Assembly: GCF_963921235.1 (NCBI RefSeq) | Contig: NC_086097.1 | Location: 133,302,001-133,366,000, forward strand | DNA length: 64,000 bases | DNA from: Mobula hypostoma | Taxonomy: Eukaryota | Reading direction: 5' to 3' | Shown here: piece after piece, positions 13,141 to 24,920 of the stretch | Position numbering within the stretch: position 1 is the stretch's first letter | Layout of the letters: each line of letters starts with the position of its first letter | The notes under the pieces: generated by a model | Told to the model about the DNA's origin: nothing | The model's input: the letters and a program-made list of their open reading frames with translations, nothing else | Databases searched by the model: none | Position numbers and translations under genes: made by a program

Positions 13141-13390
13141 CTCTATAACCTTCTTTATAGTTTATCCCCATGGTTACCCATTTTTACCTTGAGACATCCA
13201 CCTCCATGACACCCATCCTGCAGATTAAGAAGTTTCTTTTCAAATTCTGATTAAGGATCTCCGACCAGCACCTCTTCCCCCAGATGCAGCCCGGTCTGTT
13301 GAAAAATTCTTGCAACTTCTGTTTCTGTTTTAGATTTCCAGTATCTGCAGGTGTTTTATTAATTTTTGGTAATCTTAAACATTAATTGTA

Positions 13391-13412
13391 TCTCTCTCTC
13401 TCTCTCTCTCTC
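13391..13412 (+). repeat. (TC)11 microsatellite
   Basis: Direct count. Confidence 0.9.
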
Positions 13413-13619
13413 CAGATATGCTGCCTATCCTACTAAGTATTCCAGCAACTTTATTAGCTCTGGTTAAGTTTATCAGGTGACTGACTACACTCCAATGGGT
13501 CAGGGTGAAATTAAGGTTACCATAGATGAAAGTGACCACAAAGGTCTCAAAAAAAACCCAAACAAACAATCAACAATTTCACACGAACATTAATTGCTGA
13601 AAAGATGTACATTTCTCAC

Positions 13620-13860
13620 CAGAACTGTTGGTCAGCACGGTCTCCTGCTCAGTCAGACCACCAATCACCATAGCAGCCGATGATGTCACTGTAGGTTGCA
13701 TGGACAGGCTGGTGAGTGGCTGGATGACCACATTGGCAGGCACTGTGCTGTCTGCTGATTGGAGAGTCCCAGCTTGTTGGGGTAGGTTAGGGTCTGCAGG
13801 GAGTTGCTGGGTGAGCACGTTGCTCTGCTGTAATGTCTGCTGCAAAATACTCGAATCAAT
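13620..13860 (-). CDS. ZNF236: ZNF236 exon e15
   Basis: [87 protein letters not shown] acceptor, GTGAGA donor; 241 nt, phase 0-1. Confidence 0.92.
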
Positions 13861-14066
13861 CTGTAGAGAATAATGTAGGAGGGGGTTGAAGTCAAATAAT
13901 AATCAGATATGGGGCAAACAAAAAGTCAGCTTCCTGAATGACATCAATGATGAAAAACTGACAGGCACTTAGTCCATTTACTAATATAGGTATATCATTA
14001 CTTTATCCTTTAAACTGAAATCTATTTACATGCATAAAAGATGCAAGAAGTGAGTAAATCAAAGAA

Positions 14067-14369
14067 CTGTTGGCACGTGGCCAAGTGGTTAAGGGGTTCG
14101 TCTAGTGATTTGAAGGTTGCTAGTTCGAGCCTTGGCTGAGGCAGCGTGTGTGTCCTTGAGCAAGGCACTTAACCACACATTGCTCTGCAACGACACTGGT
14201 GCCGAGCTGTATGGGTTCTAATGCCCTTGGACAACATCGGTGGCGTGGAGAGGGGGGACTTGCAGCATGGGCAACTGCCGGTCTTCCATACAACCTTGCC
14301 CAGGCCTGCGCCCTGGAAACCTTCCAAGGCGCAAATCCATGGTCTCATGAGACTAACGGATGCCTATAA
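14067..14369 (+). mobile_element. tRNA-headed SINE with CORE-like segment, copy 1
   Basis: TGGCCAAGTGG A box, AGTTCGAGCC B box, GTGTCCTTGAGCAAGGCACTTAAC CORE-like block, A tail, probable AAAGAA TSD; highly similar to 26995-27309. Confidence 0.85.
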
Positions 14370-14584
14370 AAAGAAATGACCAAGTTCAAAATGCAGGCCA
14401 TTTTTTCCACCATGTTTGTGCTGGCTCCTTGAACGACCTCTCTTATTCCTTTTGCTCTTTCCTCTCTAATCAGCAAATATGTTCTATTCAAGCATTTATC
14501 CAATTTCGTGTTGTAAACATAATTCACTGGACTGAATATTTCTTATCTTCCCAATTGCTCATTTGTTGAATACCTTAAAACTAG

Positions 14585-14770
14585 CAACAAACAAGTTGCT
14601 GGAGGACTCTGCAGTTCAGGCAGCATCTGTAGATGGAAATGAACAGATGATGTTTCTGGTTGAGGTCCTGAAACGTTGAAGGTCCATTTCCTCTACAGAT
14701 GATGCCAGACCCTCTGAGTTCCTCTAGCATTTGCTTGTTGCTCCAGATACCAGCATCAGCAGTCTCTTGC
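14585..14770. mobile_element. Degenerate palindromic PLE terminal-repeat element
   Basis: TGCTGGAGGA...GGCAGCATCTGTAG / CTACAGATGATGCC...TCCTCTAGCA inverted arms with central GAAACGTT. Confidence 0.65.
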
Positions 14771-15744
14771 TTCTTCACCTTAAAATTTGCATCCTCTGTT
14801 AATAAAACTAGTTTCTTTTCACTCTCCCTATTAGTTAAGGTTACTATAACAATATTCATAACGCTGTAATCACACACACTAAAATATTAATTTCACAAAC
14901 ACATCCAACTGTTAATGGTGCACGAACAGTTCCAGATAGGTGTGGCTGGTAGGCAATTATAATAACTTATTCATGAAAATCAATTCTCTGCCAGCTAACA
15001 GTTCTCTGCCTCAACTGACCCAACCTAGGTATGAGATGATGGTATCGAAAATGCAGTAGTCTTTCTGATGCACCTGGGAGTTTCTCTCATATTTACTGAA
15101 ATGCTGATGGGCACTTACAGTATAAGGACTGCTAGCATTAACGTGCTCTTTTGCCAATCCTCTAGCTTCTCACTAATTTTATAATATTGTATGCAATCCC
15201 TTTTGCTTTTATACTCTGACTCATCCACGGTTGCCTCATCCTCTCTGTGGAATGTTCCTTAATATTCCAAATCACTCCCAGAAACTCCAGCTATTGTTGC
15301 TCTACCATCATCCCTGCTAGCATCCGCATCCAATCAACTTTTGCCAGCTCCTCTCTCATACCTGTATAGTTACCTTTACTCCACTGTAATACCTTCACAT
15401 CCGATTTCAGCTTCTCCCTCCCAAACTGCAGGGTGAATTCTATTACACAGCCTCCTAAAGGCTTGTTATGGAAAATCAGTGCATGGTTTTCCATTTTGGC
15501 ATGAAGAACCAGAAATGGTTGCACTTTTGCTCCATTCAAGGGTAAATCATCTTTGACTACACAGCATTGTTGCTTTGCAGCATTACGGGAACAAATTTCT
15601 AGACCATAAGTTTTAAATTCTTATCCTTGAAGAAGCTGTATAGAGTGATGAAGAGGTTCAGGAAGGGGATTAGAACATGAGCAAACCAAAGGCAATGCCA
15701 TTGATGTTGGGACAAAGACACATGGAGGTAGAGAAGTAGTTACA

Positions 15745-16245
15745 ACACGCACAACACGCAGGAGGAACTCAGCAGGTCGAGCAGCATCCGTGGAAACGAA
15801 CAGTCAATGTTTCGGGCCGAGACCCTTCGTCAGGACTGAAGAGGGAGGGGGCAGGGGCCCTATAAAGAAGGTCAGGGGGAGGGTGGGAAGGAGAAGGCTG
15901 GTAGGTGCCAGGTGAAAAACCAGTAAGGGGAAAGATAAAGGGGTGGGGGAGGGGAAGCAGGGAGGGGATAGGCAGGAAAGGTGAAGAAGGAAAAGGGGAA
16001 AGCACAATGGGTAGTAGGCGGCGGTGGAACCACGAGGGAGGTGATAGGCAGCTGGGGGAGGGGACAGAGTGAAACTGGGATGGGAGAAGGGAGGGGGAGG
16101 GAATTACCGGAAGTTGGAGAATTCTATGTTCATACCAAGAGGCTGGAGACTACCTTGACGGTATATGAGGTGTTGCTCCTCCAACCTGAGTTTGGCCTCA
16201 TCATGGCAGTAGAGGAGGCCATGTATGGACATATCTGAATGGGAA
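15745..16245 (-). mobile_element. Penelope-like element 3' fragment (GIY-YIG C-terminus plus terminal repeat)
   Basis: Reverse complement matches 21085-21600 region (LEEQHLI..., pyrimidine-rich spacer, hammerhead block). Confidence 0.85.
15801..15838 (-). ncRNA. Minimal type I hammerhead ribozyme motif (PLE-derived)
   Basis: CAGTC-CTGACGA-A-GGGTCTCGGCCC-GAAA-CATT-GACTG: core boxes intact, 5-bp helix I, helix II GGG/CCC; helix III palindrome mutated (ACAT), AUU triplet. Confidence 0.6.
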
Positions 16246-16290
16246 TTGTGTTTGTGTTTGGTGTTGAGAACTAGTTACTACTTCAACTTT

Positions 16291-16345
16291 AACCAATTTC
16301 CCCCGGGATCAATAAAGTATGACTATGACTACTACTACTACTACT
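16291..16345 (+). mobile_element. Ultra-short 3' tail of the Rex1-like LINE
   Basis: AACCAATTTCCCCCGGGATCAATAAAGTATGACTATGACTAC(TAC)n nearly identical to 8346-8394. Confidence 0.75.
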
Positions 16346-16623
16346 AACTTCGCCTATTTAATGAAAATGAGGTTAGCTGCTCACTATTACATGGACTTTG
16401 GAGCAATCCATGAAGGTTCACGAATTGATAACTCTATACCTGCATACTTTGAGACCTCTCAACATGCAGTGTTTTTGAAGAATATGAAAAGCAAGATTCC
16501 AATGAAACTCCCCGTAGCAGAACCTGCCAAAGCTGGGTAGATGCATTTACATCACTGGCAGCCCTATAATAATATACAGATTTATAAGCTACATCACAGC
16601 AACTCTGATGACAAACACTATAC

Positions 16624-16772
16624 CTGTAGTGTGATGTTGTTTATATTGGTAGGATCAAGGCCAGAGATCTGGACATTTTGTCCAACCAGGTTAGCAGAGA
16701 CAAGCTGCAACTGTATTCCTTCGAGAATGGCAAAGCTTGCATCCGTAAGGGATAATGTTAAATCACCTCCCG
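16624..16772 (-). CDS. ZNF236: ZNF236 exon e14
   Basis: [66 protein letters not shown] acceptor, CAG|GTATAG donor; 149 nt, phase 1-0. Confidence 0.92.
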
Positions 16773-16973
16773 CTGCCAGAGAGGAAAAAAAATTAAAGAC
16801 ATATTATTATATGGTTTAGTTTAACGAGTTTATTAAAATCTGATCAGTTGTTTGTTTTTGACATTTACACCCTCATGACCTAGTTTTGATGTTGAACATT
16901 AAACTTACCAATAATTAAAAATATTACTCCTGTTACATCTACAGTGCATTCATTAAAACTGTTTCCATTATTT

Positions 16974-17185
16974 CAAAGTTGCTGGTGAACACAGCAGGCC
17001 AGGCAGCATCTCTAGGAAGAGGTACAGTCGACGTTTCAGGCAGAGTCCCTTCGTCAGGACCCTTCATCAGGCCTGAAATGTCGACTGTACCTCTTCCTAG
17101 AGATGCTGCCTGGCCTGCTGCGTTCACCAGCAACTTTGATGTGTGTTGCTTGAATTTCCAGCATCTGAAGAATTCCTGTTGTTTT
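16974..17185. mobile_element. Young palindromic PLE terminal-repeat insertion
   Basis: 69-bp inverted arms 16973-17041 / 17071-17139 (2 mismatches); 14-bp TSD TGTTTCCA(T/C)TATTT at 16960-16973 and 17186-17199. Confidence 0.88.
17025..17062 (-). ncRNA. Minimal type I hammerhead ribozyme motif, intact core
   Basis: GGTC-CTGACGA-AGGGACTCTGCCT-GAAA-CGTC-GACT: CUGANGA and GAAA boxes, palindromic ACGU helix III, GUC triplet (predicted cut between 17030 and 17029). Confidence 0.7.
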
Positions 17186-17354
17186 TGTTTCCACTATTTA
17201 CCAGCTTTTAAGTTAATTACAATATCTAAATCCTCAAGTATTAATGCGATGGACGAAATGGTCAAATGTATTATTTAATTTCACGACTCAATTGCAAACA
17301 ACTTTCAAATGGTACTATGAAATACATTGAGAAATAAAAATAATTGCTGCTTAC

Positions 17355-17720
17355 TTGACATTGAGGAAGGAAGTGTGGCTTGTCCAACTAACCCCTGCTG
17401 CAGAAGGTTCTGATCAAACTGATTGGTCATAACACCATTATTGGCGATGCAAACATTTGCATCAGCAGTTGTCAGCAAGTTAACAGGCTGCAAACTCTCT
17501 GTTGTTTGGCGTGTTATAGGCTTCCGGATTTTCTTTGGCAGTGAGGTAGGCTTAAAGTGAGATTGTATGTGGCTCTTCCTGTGCCCTGATGTCCGGAAGC
17601 GCACATCACAATGAGGGCATTTGAAAGGCTTTGCTCCAGTGTGTAGACGCATGTGAACTTTTAAGCTACCTTTGGTCGAGAAGGGAGAACTGCAAACATG
17701 GCATTTGAAGTGTTTCTGAC
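17355..17720 (-). CDS. ZNF236: ZNF236 exon e13; fingers 15-16
   Basis: [58 protein letters not shown]...[27 protein letters not shown] acceptor, A|GTAAGC donor; 366 nt, phase 1-1. Confidence 0.93.
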
Positions 17721-18769
17721 CTAAATTTCAAATACAAAAATAGAATTTTCATAACTACATAAATAATAAAAGGGCAAAACAAATGCAAACATAAAACTTA
17801 CCACATGTCAGGCTAAGAATATAACTGCAAATAAACAAATGTTTCGTAAAATGTACTGCTAACTTTCTTGTTAGGTTGGTAATGCAGTTTTCTCAAATAG
17901 TATTCGTAATTTATGAACTCTCTCAAAATGAATTTATTTAAGAAATGGATAGAATTTCTTAGCTAACCCATCTAATTTTGCTCTCTTCTATGCTAATCTT
18001 TCAAAGGAATACATTGCAGTAGAGGTTCTAATTAATTACCACTTCCTATGGATATCTTGCTTCAATGACACCTCTATATGGCATGGTTCAAAGCTAACTT
18101 CCTAATGGAAACAGAAAATATATTGCTGGAGAAGCTTTTACTCTGACAGCAATTCAGATCTTGGTCACCATGAGCTTCAGAAATTTATTATCATGTTAAG
18201 TACCTTGTAGCAGGCTAACATTAAAAAAAATCATTGGAAGCGCAAAGCTTCAGCATTTAAATAGTGTTTTGCAATCAAAGTCATTCTTAAATTTATACAT
18301 CTAACAGCAGGGATTCTAAGGCAACAGCCTAACACATCAATCATTAGATTTTATTGCTGAATTCATAGTAAAGTGCCAGGACTCACTCTAAACAAGATAC
18401 TCCCAAAATAGATTTGTTAAGGTTTGAAGTAAGTGGAAATGATTTTCTTATTGATCTCATGCACGTACTCTTAAAACCAGTTTAACTACCTTGAGTAAGA
18501 AATTTGAATGAAGTGTCTGCAGTATATCAGATCCAGTAACTGAAAGAAATGATGGGAGTGATAGAGTGGAAAGGCTATGCAGACAATGAAAAGAAAGGAA
18601 AGTGAATGCTTTGATCTTGGGAGCCTGTTATAACCACAAGTTGTGATGAGGAGCAGAGAATTTAATTTTAAAATATTATTATGGGATTTGCAGTTTAATA
18701 GATCAACTAATGTCAACATGAATCAAAAATAAAATCTGCAATTAATTTCATGGGAACCAGACAATTATT

Positions 18770-19060
18770 ATGGTGGCAGAGTGGTTAAATTTCTGGACTA
18801 GTAGACAGAGGTCTGGAGCACAGCTCTGGAGATACAAATCTGAATCTTACCACAACAGAATTTAATTCAAGTGATTAAGTAAATCTGCAAACTGGAAAAA
18901 AAAACCTCAGATCTGCAAATGACTAATAAACATGAGATTGTTAGGAAAACATACCAATTTCACTCATGTCATTCAGGGAAGGAAAAAATAAGATTTTATT
19001 TTCCTTGTGAGATCAATTAATGTGATTGACAGCACTGTGAAAGGGTATAGCAAATAACTT
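18770..19060 (+). mobile_element. Old tRNA-headed SINE relic
   Basis: TGGCAGAGTGG A box, CTGGACTAGTA...CAGAGG, later TTCACT.ATGTC.TTCAGGGAAGGAAA block recalled from shark SINEs. Confidence 0.5.
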
Positions 19061-19667
19061 GGCAAACAAAATAACAACGGATTAATTGTAAATTCACAGG
19101 ATTTTGACATGTACAACAAAAGGCCATTCAATCCCTCATTCAACTATACTGTTCAATTGGATCTTCTCCTCAAGGACAATGTGCTTCCTTCCCACTGATG
19201 CAGTGACTGATGAGACCAACAGGCAACTTGGCGTCACTTTGATAGATGAGATGGACGGTACCTGATGAACCAGGCAGGTGAGTAGTTTATGAAGGGATGC
19301 GCACCTCCTTCTGTTTCACCAGGGTTTCTGTTCTCTCCCATTGGAAGATGGCCTTCAATGTTGAGTGGTCATGGACTCAAGATTCCTATTGCTCTACATA
19401 CTTCCAAATCCATTAACAAACTTGCCTCACAAAAACAATTAACTGTTGAGGAGCATACTCCCATCAACCCTATCTACCTCAGGTCTATTTTTAACTCTCT
19501 GAACTGGACAGGCCCAACAGGAAACAACTTTTATCCATCTTTCAGTCATATTTCAGCCAATAAACTACAAGCTCAAAGATAATTTTAATGGAAATATTTT
19601 GATGGCTTAGTCCTGTTACTATAAAATATTGTTGCAACATATAGTGAAGCAGTGACCAGTTTAGACC

Positions 19668-21232
19668 CTACCCAAGATCCACAAACCTGCCTGTCCTGGC
19701 CGACCTATTGTCTCAGCTTGCTCCTGCCCCACCGAACTCATTTCTGCATACCTCGACACTGTTTTATCACCCCTTGTTCAATCCCTTCCGACCTATGTTC
19801 GTGACACTTCTCACGCTCTTAAACTTTTCGATGATTTTAAGTTCCCTGGCCCCCACCGCTTTATTTTCACCATGGATGTCCAGTCCCTATATACTTCCAT
19901 CCCCTATCAGGAAGGTCTCAAAGCTCTACGCTTCTTTTTGGATTCCAGACCTAATCAGTTCCCCTCTACCACCACTCTGCTCCGTCTAGCAGAATTAGTC
20001 CTTACTCTTAATAATTTCTTCTTTTGTTCCTCCCATTTCCTCCAAACTAAAGGTGTAGCTATAGGCACCCGTATGGGTCCTAGCTATGCCTGCCTTTTTG
20101 TTGGGTTTGTGGAACAATCTATGTTCCGTGCCTATTCTGGTATCTGTCCCCCACTTTTCCTTCGCTACATCGACGACTGCATTGGCGCTGCTTCCTGCAC
20201 GCATGCAGAACTCGTTGACTTTATTAACTTTGCCTCCAACTTTCACCCTGCCCTCAAGTTTACCTGGTCCATTTCCGACACCTCCCTCCCCTTTCTAGAT
20301 CTTTCTGTCTCTGTCTCTGGAGACAGCTTATCCACTGATGTCTACTATAAGCCTACTGACTCTCACAGCTATCTGGACAATTCCTCTTCTCACCCTGTCT
20401 CTTGCAAAAACGCCATCCCCTTCTCGCAATTCCTCCGTCTCCGCCGCATCTGCTCTCAGGATGAGGCTTTTCATTCTAGGACGAGGGAGATGTCTTCATT
20501 TTTTAAAGAAAGGGGCTTCCCTTCCTCCACTATCAACTCTGCTCTTAAACGCATCTCCCCCATTTCACGTACATCTGCTCTCACTCCATTCTCCCACCAC
20601 CCCACTAGGAATAGGGTTCCCCTGGTCCTCACCTACCACCCCACCAGCCTCCGGGTCCAACATATTATTCTCCGTAACTTCCGCCACCTCCAACGGGATC
20701 CCACCACTAAGCATATCTTTCCCTCCCCCCTCTCTCTGCATTCCGCAGGGATCGCTCCCTACACAACTCCCTTGTCCATTCGTCCCCCCCATCCCTCCCC
20801 ACTGATCTCCCTCCTGGCACTTATCCGTGTAAGTGGAACAAGTGCTACACATGCCCTTACACTTCCTCCCTTACCACCATTCAGGGCCCCAAACAGTCCT
20901 TCCAGGTGAGGCATCACTTCACCTGTGAGTCGACTGGGGTGATATACTGCGTCCGGTGCTCCCGATGTGGCCTTTTATATATTGGTGAGACCCGACGCAG
21001 ACTGGGAGACCGCTTCGCTGAACATCTACGCTCTGTCCGCCAGAGAAAGCAGGATCTCCCAGTGGCCACACATTTTAATTCCACATCCCATTCCCATTCT
21101 GACATGTCTATCCACGGCCTCCTCTACTGTAAAGATGAAGCCACACTCAGGTTGGAGGAACAACACCTTATATTCCGTATGGGTAGCCTCCAACCTGATG
21201 GCATGAACATTGACTTCTCTAACTTCCGCTAG
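19668..21232 (+). pseudogene. PLE RT + GIY-YIG reading frame with a single frameshift
   Basis: Open from 19668 to about 20730; adding one C to the C run at 20725-20730 joins ORFs 19872-20909 and 20906-21232 (FPSPPLSAFRRDRSL...). Confidence 0.88.
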
Positions 21233-21526
21233 GCCCCACCTCCCCCTCGTACCCCATCTGTTACTCTTTTTTATGCACACATTCTTTCTCTCACTCTCCT
21301 TTTTCTCCCTCTGTCCCTCTGAATATACCTCTTGCCCATCCTCTGGGTCACCCCCCCCCCCGTCTTTCTTCCCGGACCTCCCGTCCCATGATCCTCACGT
21401 ATCCCCTTCTGCCTATCACCTGTCCAGCTCTCGGCTCCATCCCTCCCCCTCCTGTCTTCTCCTATCATTTTGGATCTCCCCCTCCCCCTCCAGCTTTCAA
21501 ATCCCTTACTCACTCTTCCTTCAGTT

Positions 21527-21562
21527 AGTCCTGACGAAGGGTCTCGGCCTGAAATGTCGACT
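21527..21562 (+). ncRNA. Minimal type I hammerhead ribozyme motif in the PLE 3' repeat
   Basis: AGTC-CTGACGA-AGGGTCTCGGCCT-GAAA-TGTC-GACT; PLE terminal repeats are known to carry minimal hammerheads; antisense to ZNF236. Confidence 0.7.
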
Positions 21563-22589
21563 GCACCTCTTCCTACAGATGCTGCTTGGCCTGCTGCGTT
21601 CACCAGCAACTTTGATGTGTGTTACCAGTTTAGACACTTCATTTTTCAAAGCCCTCTTCTGCTTTCACTATTAAACTAAATGTTTAGTATTAATCCCAAA
21701 AATACAGCTATTAACCAGTCCAGAATTATATTTAACTCTGGATGATTCAATGAGTACTGTTGAAACAACTATTACCCATTTCCAAGCATACAGTACTTTT
21801 ACTAGTACTCGCATCGTGGCCTAGTACGGCAATTCAAATGCATAGGAATGCAAGAAGCTACAGAGAATAGTGGATACATCCAAAGCAACACCAGCACATT
21901 TCTCGCCACCTCAGTAGTATCTACAGGAGGCGCTGGCTCAAGAAGTCAACATCTATCATCAAAGTACCCAAATATCTAGGTCATCTTCTCACAGGTACCA
22001 TCAGGCAGGAGGTACAGATGTCTTCAGTCCCACACCGCTGGATCTAAAAACAACAGCTTCCCTTCATCCGTTCATACCTTGAGCCGACCAATACAACTCT
22101 AATGACTATTTCAGTTTAGCAACACTAAGAGGAAATGCAGTTAATCTTCATCTACTTTTTCTTTTAAAGTGAGCAACTTTGCTTTCATTTACTCAAGAAA
22201 CTGACGAGCATTACAGGTTATTATTATGAGTTTTATTTAAATGGTGAACTATCACAGCATGCTTGTTGCGCTGAGGGACTTAGGAGTGCTTGTGCATGAT
22301 TGCAAAGGGCAGCTTTGCAAGTGCAACAGGTTATCAAGAAAGCAAATGGAGTGTTGGCCTTCATTGCTGCAGGGATTGTAGGTTTTTGCAAATAAAATGA
22401 AATGAGGCGTTTCATGTTTAATGAAACCTATAACACATTCTATTGAACTCCAAACCCTTAACAGAAAAGCGTGCTATAAATCCTTACATAACAAAACTTC
22501 AAACCTCTTAAAGTGAAACCCCAACTCAATGTCGATGATTGCAAATTATGTACATTTCTCCCAATTACATTACCTTACAGGATTAAATT

Positions 22590-23180
22590 TAAAAGCAACA
22601 ACGCTGCGATGGTACAGGATACTGGTGAGGCCACACCTGGAGTATTGTGTGCACTTCTGGTATCCTTACTTGAAAGATTTATTAGCTTTGGAGATGGTGC
22701 AGAGGAGATCCACCAGGTTGATTCTGGAGATGAGGGGATTAGCCTAGAGGAAAGATTGAGTTTGCCTGGGACCATACTTGCTGATAGTCATAAGAATAGG
22801 AGAGGATCTTATAGAAACATAAAATTATGAAAGGGATAGATAAGATTGAGGCAGGACATTTGTTTCCACTGGTGAGACAGACTTGAAACAGATGAAACAG
22901 CATCAAGATTTCAGACAATAGACTTAAGATAGAGATGAAGAGAAACTGCTTTTCCCAGAGAGTAATAAATTTGTGGACTTCTCTAGCAGTAGGAGATACC
23001 TAATTAAATACATTTAGGACACAGATAGAATTTTACATAGCGGGGAATTAAGGATTATGGGGAAAGGACAGATAGGTGGAGCTGAGTCCATATCCAGATC
23101 AGCCATGACCTTACGGCAGAGCACATTTGATGGATCAGATAGCTTACTCTTGCTCCCATTTCTCACGTTCTCATGTACAG
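22590..23180 (+). mobile_element. CR1-clade LINE 3' fragment
   Basis: [29 protein letters not shown] motif in ORF 22529-22747. Confidence 0.82.
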
Positions 23181-24146
23181 CTTATGCCTGCTGCATTAAT
23201 CATGCCAGGTTCTCCCAGATGTTCAATCACAGGCCTGTTCAGTATGTTGCTCAACTACTCTGAGCCCACCTACTAAATTTCAATGCCAAAACCACAATGA
23301 AATTAGCAAATAAGCTTATGGTCAACTTTTTTACGTGAAGGTAATCCAAAGTATTGGTTCATAAAATGCTCACTGCTTCCAGTTTCAAGCCACCATGAGG
23401 TAAATTTGAAGTTTTCAAACCTCAGCTCCAGGCACTGGCAATAGTGATGGAAAACTGGCTTCATTACAAAATTTTCCATCCACTTAACAGAAAAATGTTT
23501 AGTTCAGCAAATTGCACTCAAATGTCTATCAAGCTTACTCCAGAAGCACTGAAAGTAAAAAAAAGTTTTATTCACAAAAAAAGCATTAATGCACAAAGTG
23601 GACCTGCCCAATCTACCATTTCCAAACATTCACATCCTGCTTTTGTGCAATTAGCAAATAGTGTTTGTATATTTACTACTTAAGCAGAATATCACTTTAG
23701 AATTAAATTTCAAAACAAAGCTGGACGACACCAAATATCGGTCTCTTATGTGAATTCAACTGGCTGTTGACTCCTGAAATAACAGCAGCAGCTCAATTCC
23801 TTTTAGGAACAGATATATAACAATCTCCCCCAATTTAGCACCAACAGATCCATCAGAAACAAGAGTGGTTTGAGTAACAATGGAATATGTCAAACTAGTA
23901 AAGTAGATTCTGAGTCTTAGTAAACTATGCATTTGCTGTACTTGTTCATGTTTCCCTTTAAAAATAAATAAAATCAACGCAATTACGTAAGTAGCTAATG
24001 CAATAACACCTTAAATAGGAAAACACGAACTTAAGGAGTAAGTAGTTACGCTTGGAAATGAAAGCTTTCTGTTTAGCTAAGTGTTTTATAGCATCCATCA
24101 ACCACAAATGTCTTTTTATAACAACTTAATAGAGAAAGCAGTACTA

Positions 24147-24299
<153 letters not shown>

Positions 24300-24429
24300 T
24301 CAAAATTGCTTCTTTTAAATACAAAATTTCAAAAAATATCCAATTAAATTACCAAAAGTCATTATGTTTCTACATATGAGTTGGCTAGATATTTAACAGA
24401 TGAGAGACAGTTTGCATACCAGGCTGCAA

Positions 24430-24920
24430 CACCGTCTGATATGGGGGGCGGGGGAGGAGTACTGCACAGGACCAGAAGTAGCTGCAGGGGGTTGCAAATT
24501 TAGTTGGCTCCATCTTGGGTACTAGTCTACAAAGTACCCAGGACATCGTCAAGGAGCGGTGTCTCAGAAAGGCGGCGTCCATTATTAAGGACCTCCAGCA
24601 CCCAGGGTATGCCCTTTTCTCACTGTTACCATCAGGTAGGAGGTACAGAAGCCTGAAAGTACACACTCAGCCATGCAGGAACAGCGCCTTCTACTCTGCC
24701 ATCTGCTGCCTAAATGTACATTGAACCCGTGAACACAACCACCCCTTTTTTAAAAATATATATTACTTCTGTTTTTTGCACGATTTTTAATCTATTTAAA
24801 TACATATACTGTAAATGATTTATTTATTTTTCTTCTTCTTCTATATTATGTATCGCATTGAACTGCTGCTGCTAAGTTAACAAATTTCACGACACATGCC
24901 AGTGATAATATACCCGATAC
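24430..24920 (+). mobile_element. Rex1/Babar-like LINE 3' end
   Basis: CLRKAASIIKD..HPG.ALFSLLPSGRRYRSL motif followed by AT-rich 3' UTR. Confidence 0.8.

Larger units (their letters stand above)
19667..21623 (+). mobile_element. Penelope-like element (Neptune-type), 5'-truncated, very young
   Basis: RT (LPKIHKP..PGRPIVS, MDVQSLYTSIP, G..MGP.YA, RYIDD), Cys linker CKWNKCYTC, GIY-YIG (VIYCVRC...YIGETRR.L..RFAEH); perfect 12-bp TSD ACCAGTTTAGAC at 19655-19666 and 21624-21635. Confidence 0.93.

Noticed and set aside
15769..16238. Pro/Ser- and Gly/Glu-rich ORFs (also 21210-21679, 39480-40061)
   Set aside because: Low-complexity translations of the PLE purine/pyrimidine-rich 3' region.
16319..16540. 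Poly-Thr ORF
   Set aside because: Arises from the (ACT)n tail of a LINE fragment.
19195..19275. CTGATGA boxes suggesting another hammerhead
   Set aside because: No correctly spaced stem plus GAAA and cleavage triplet downstream.
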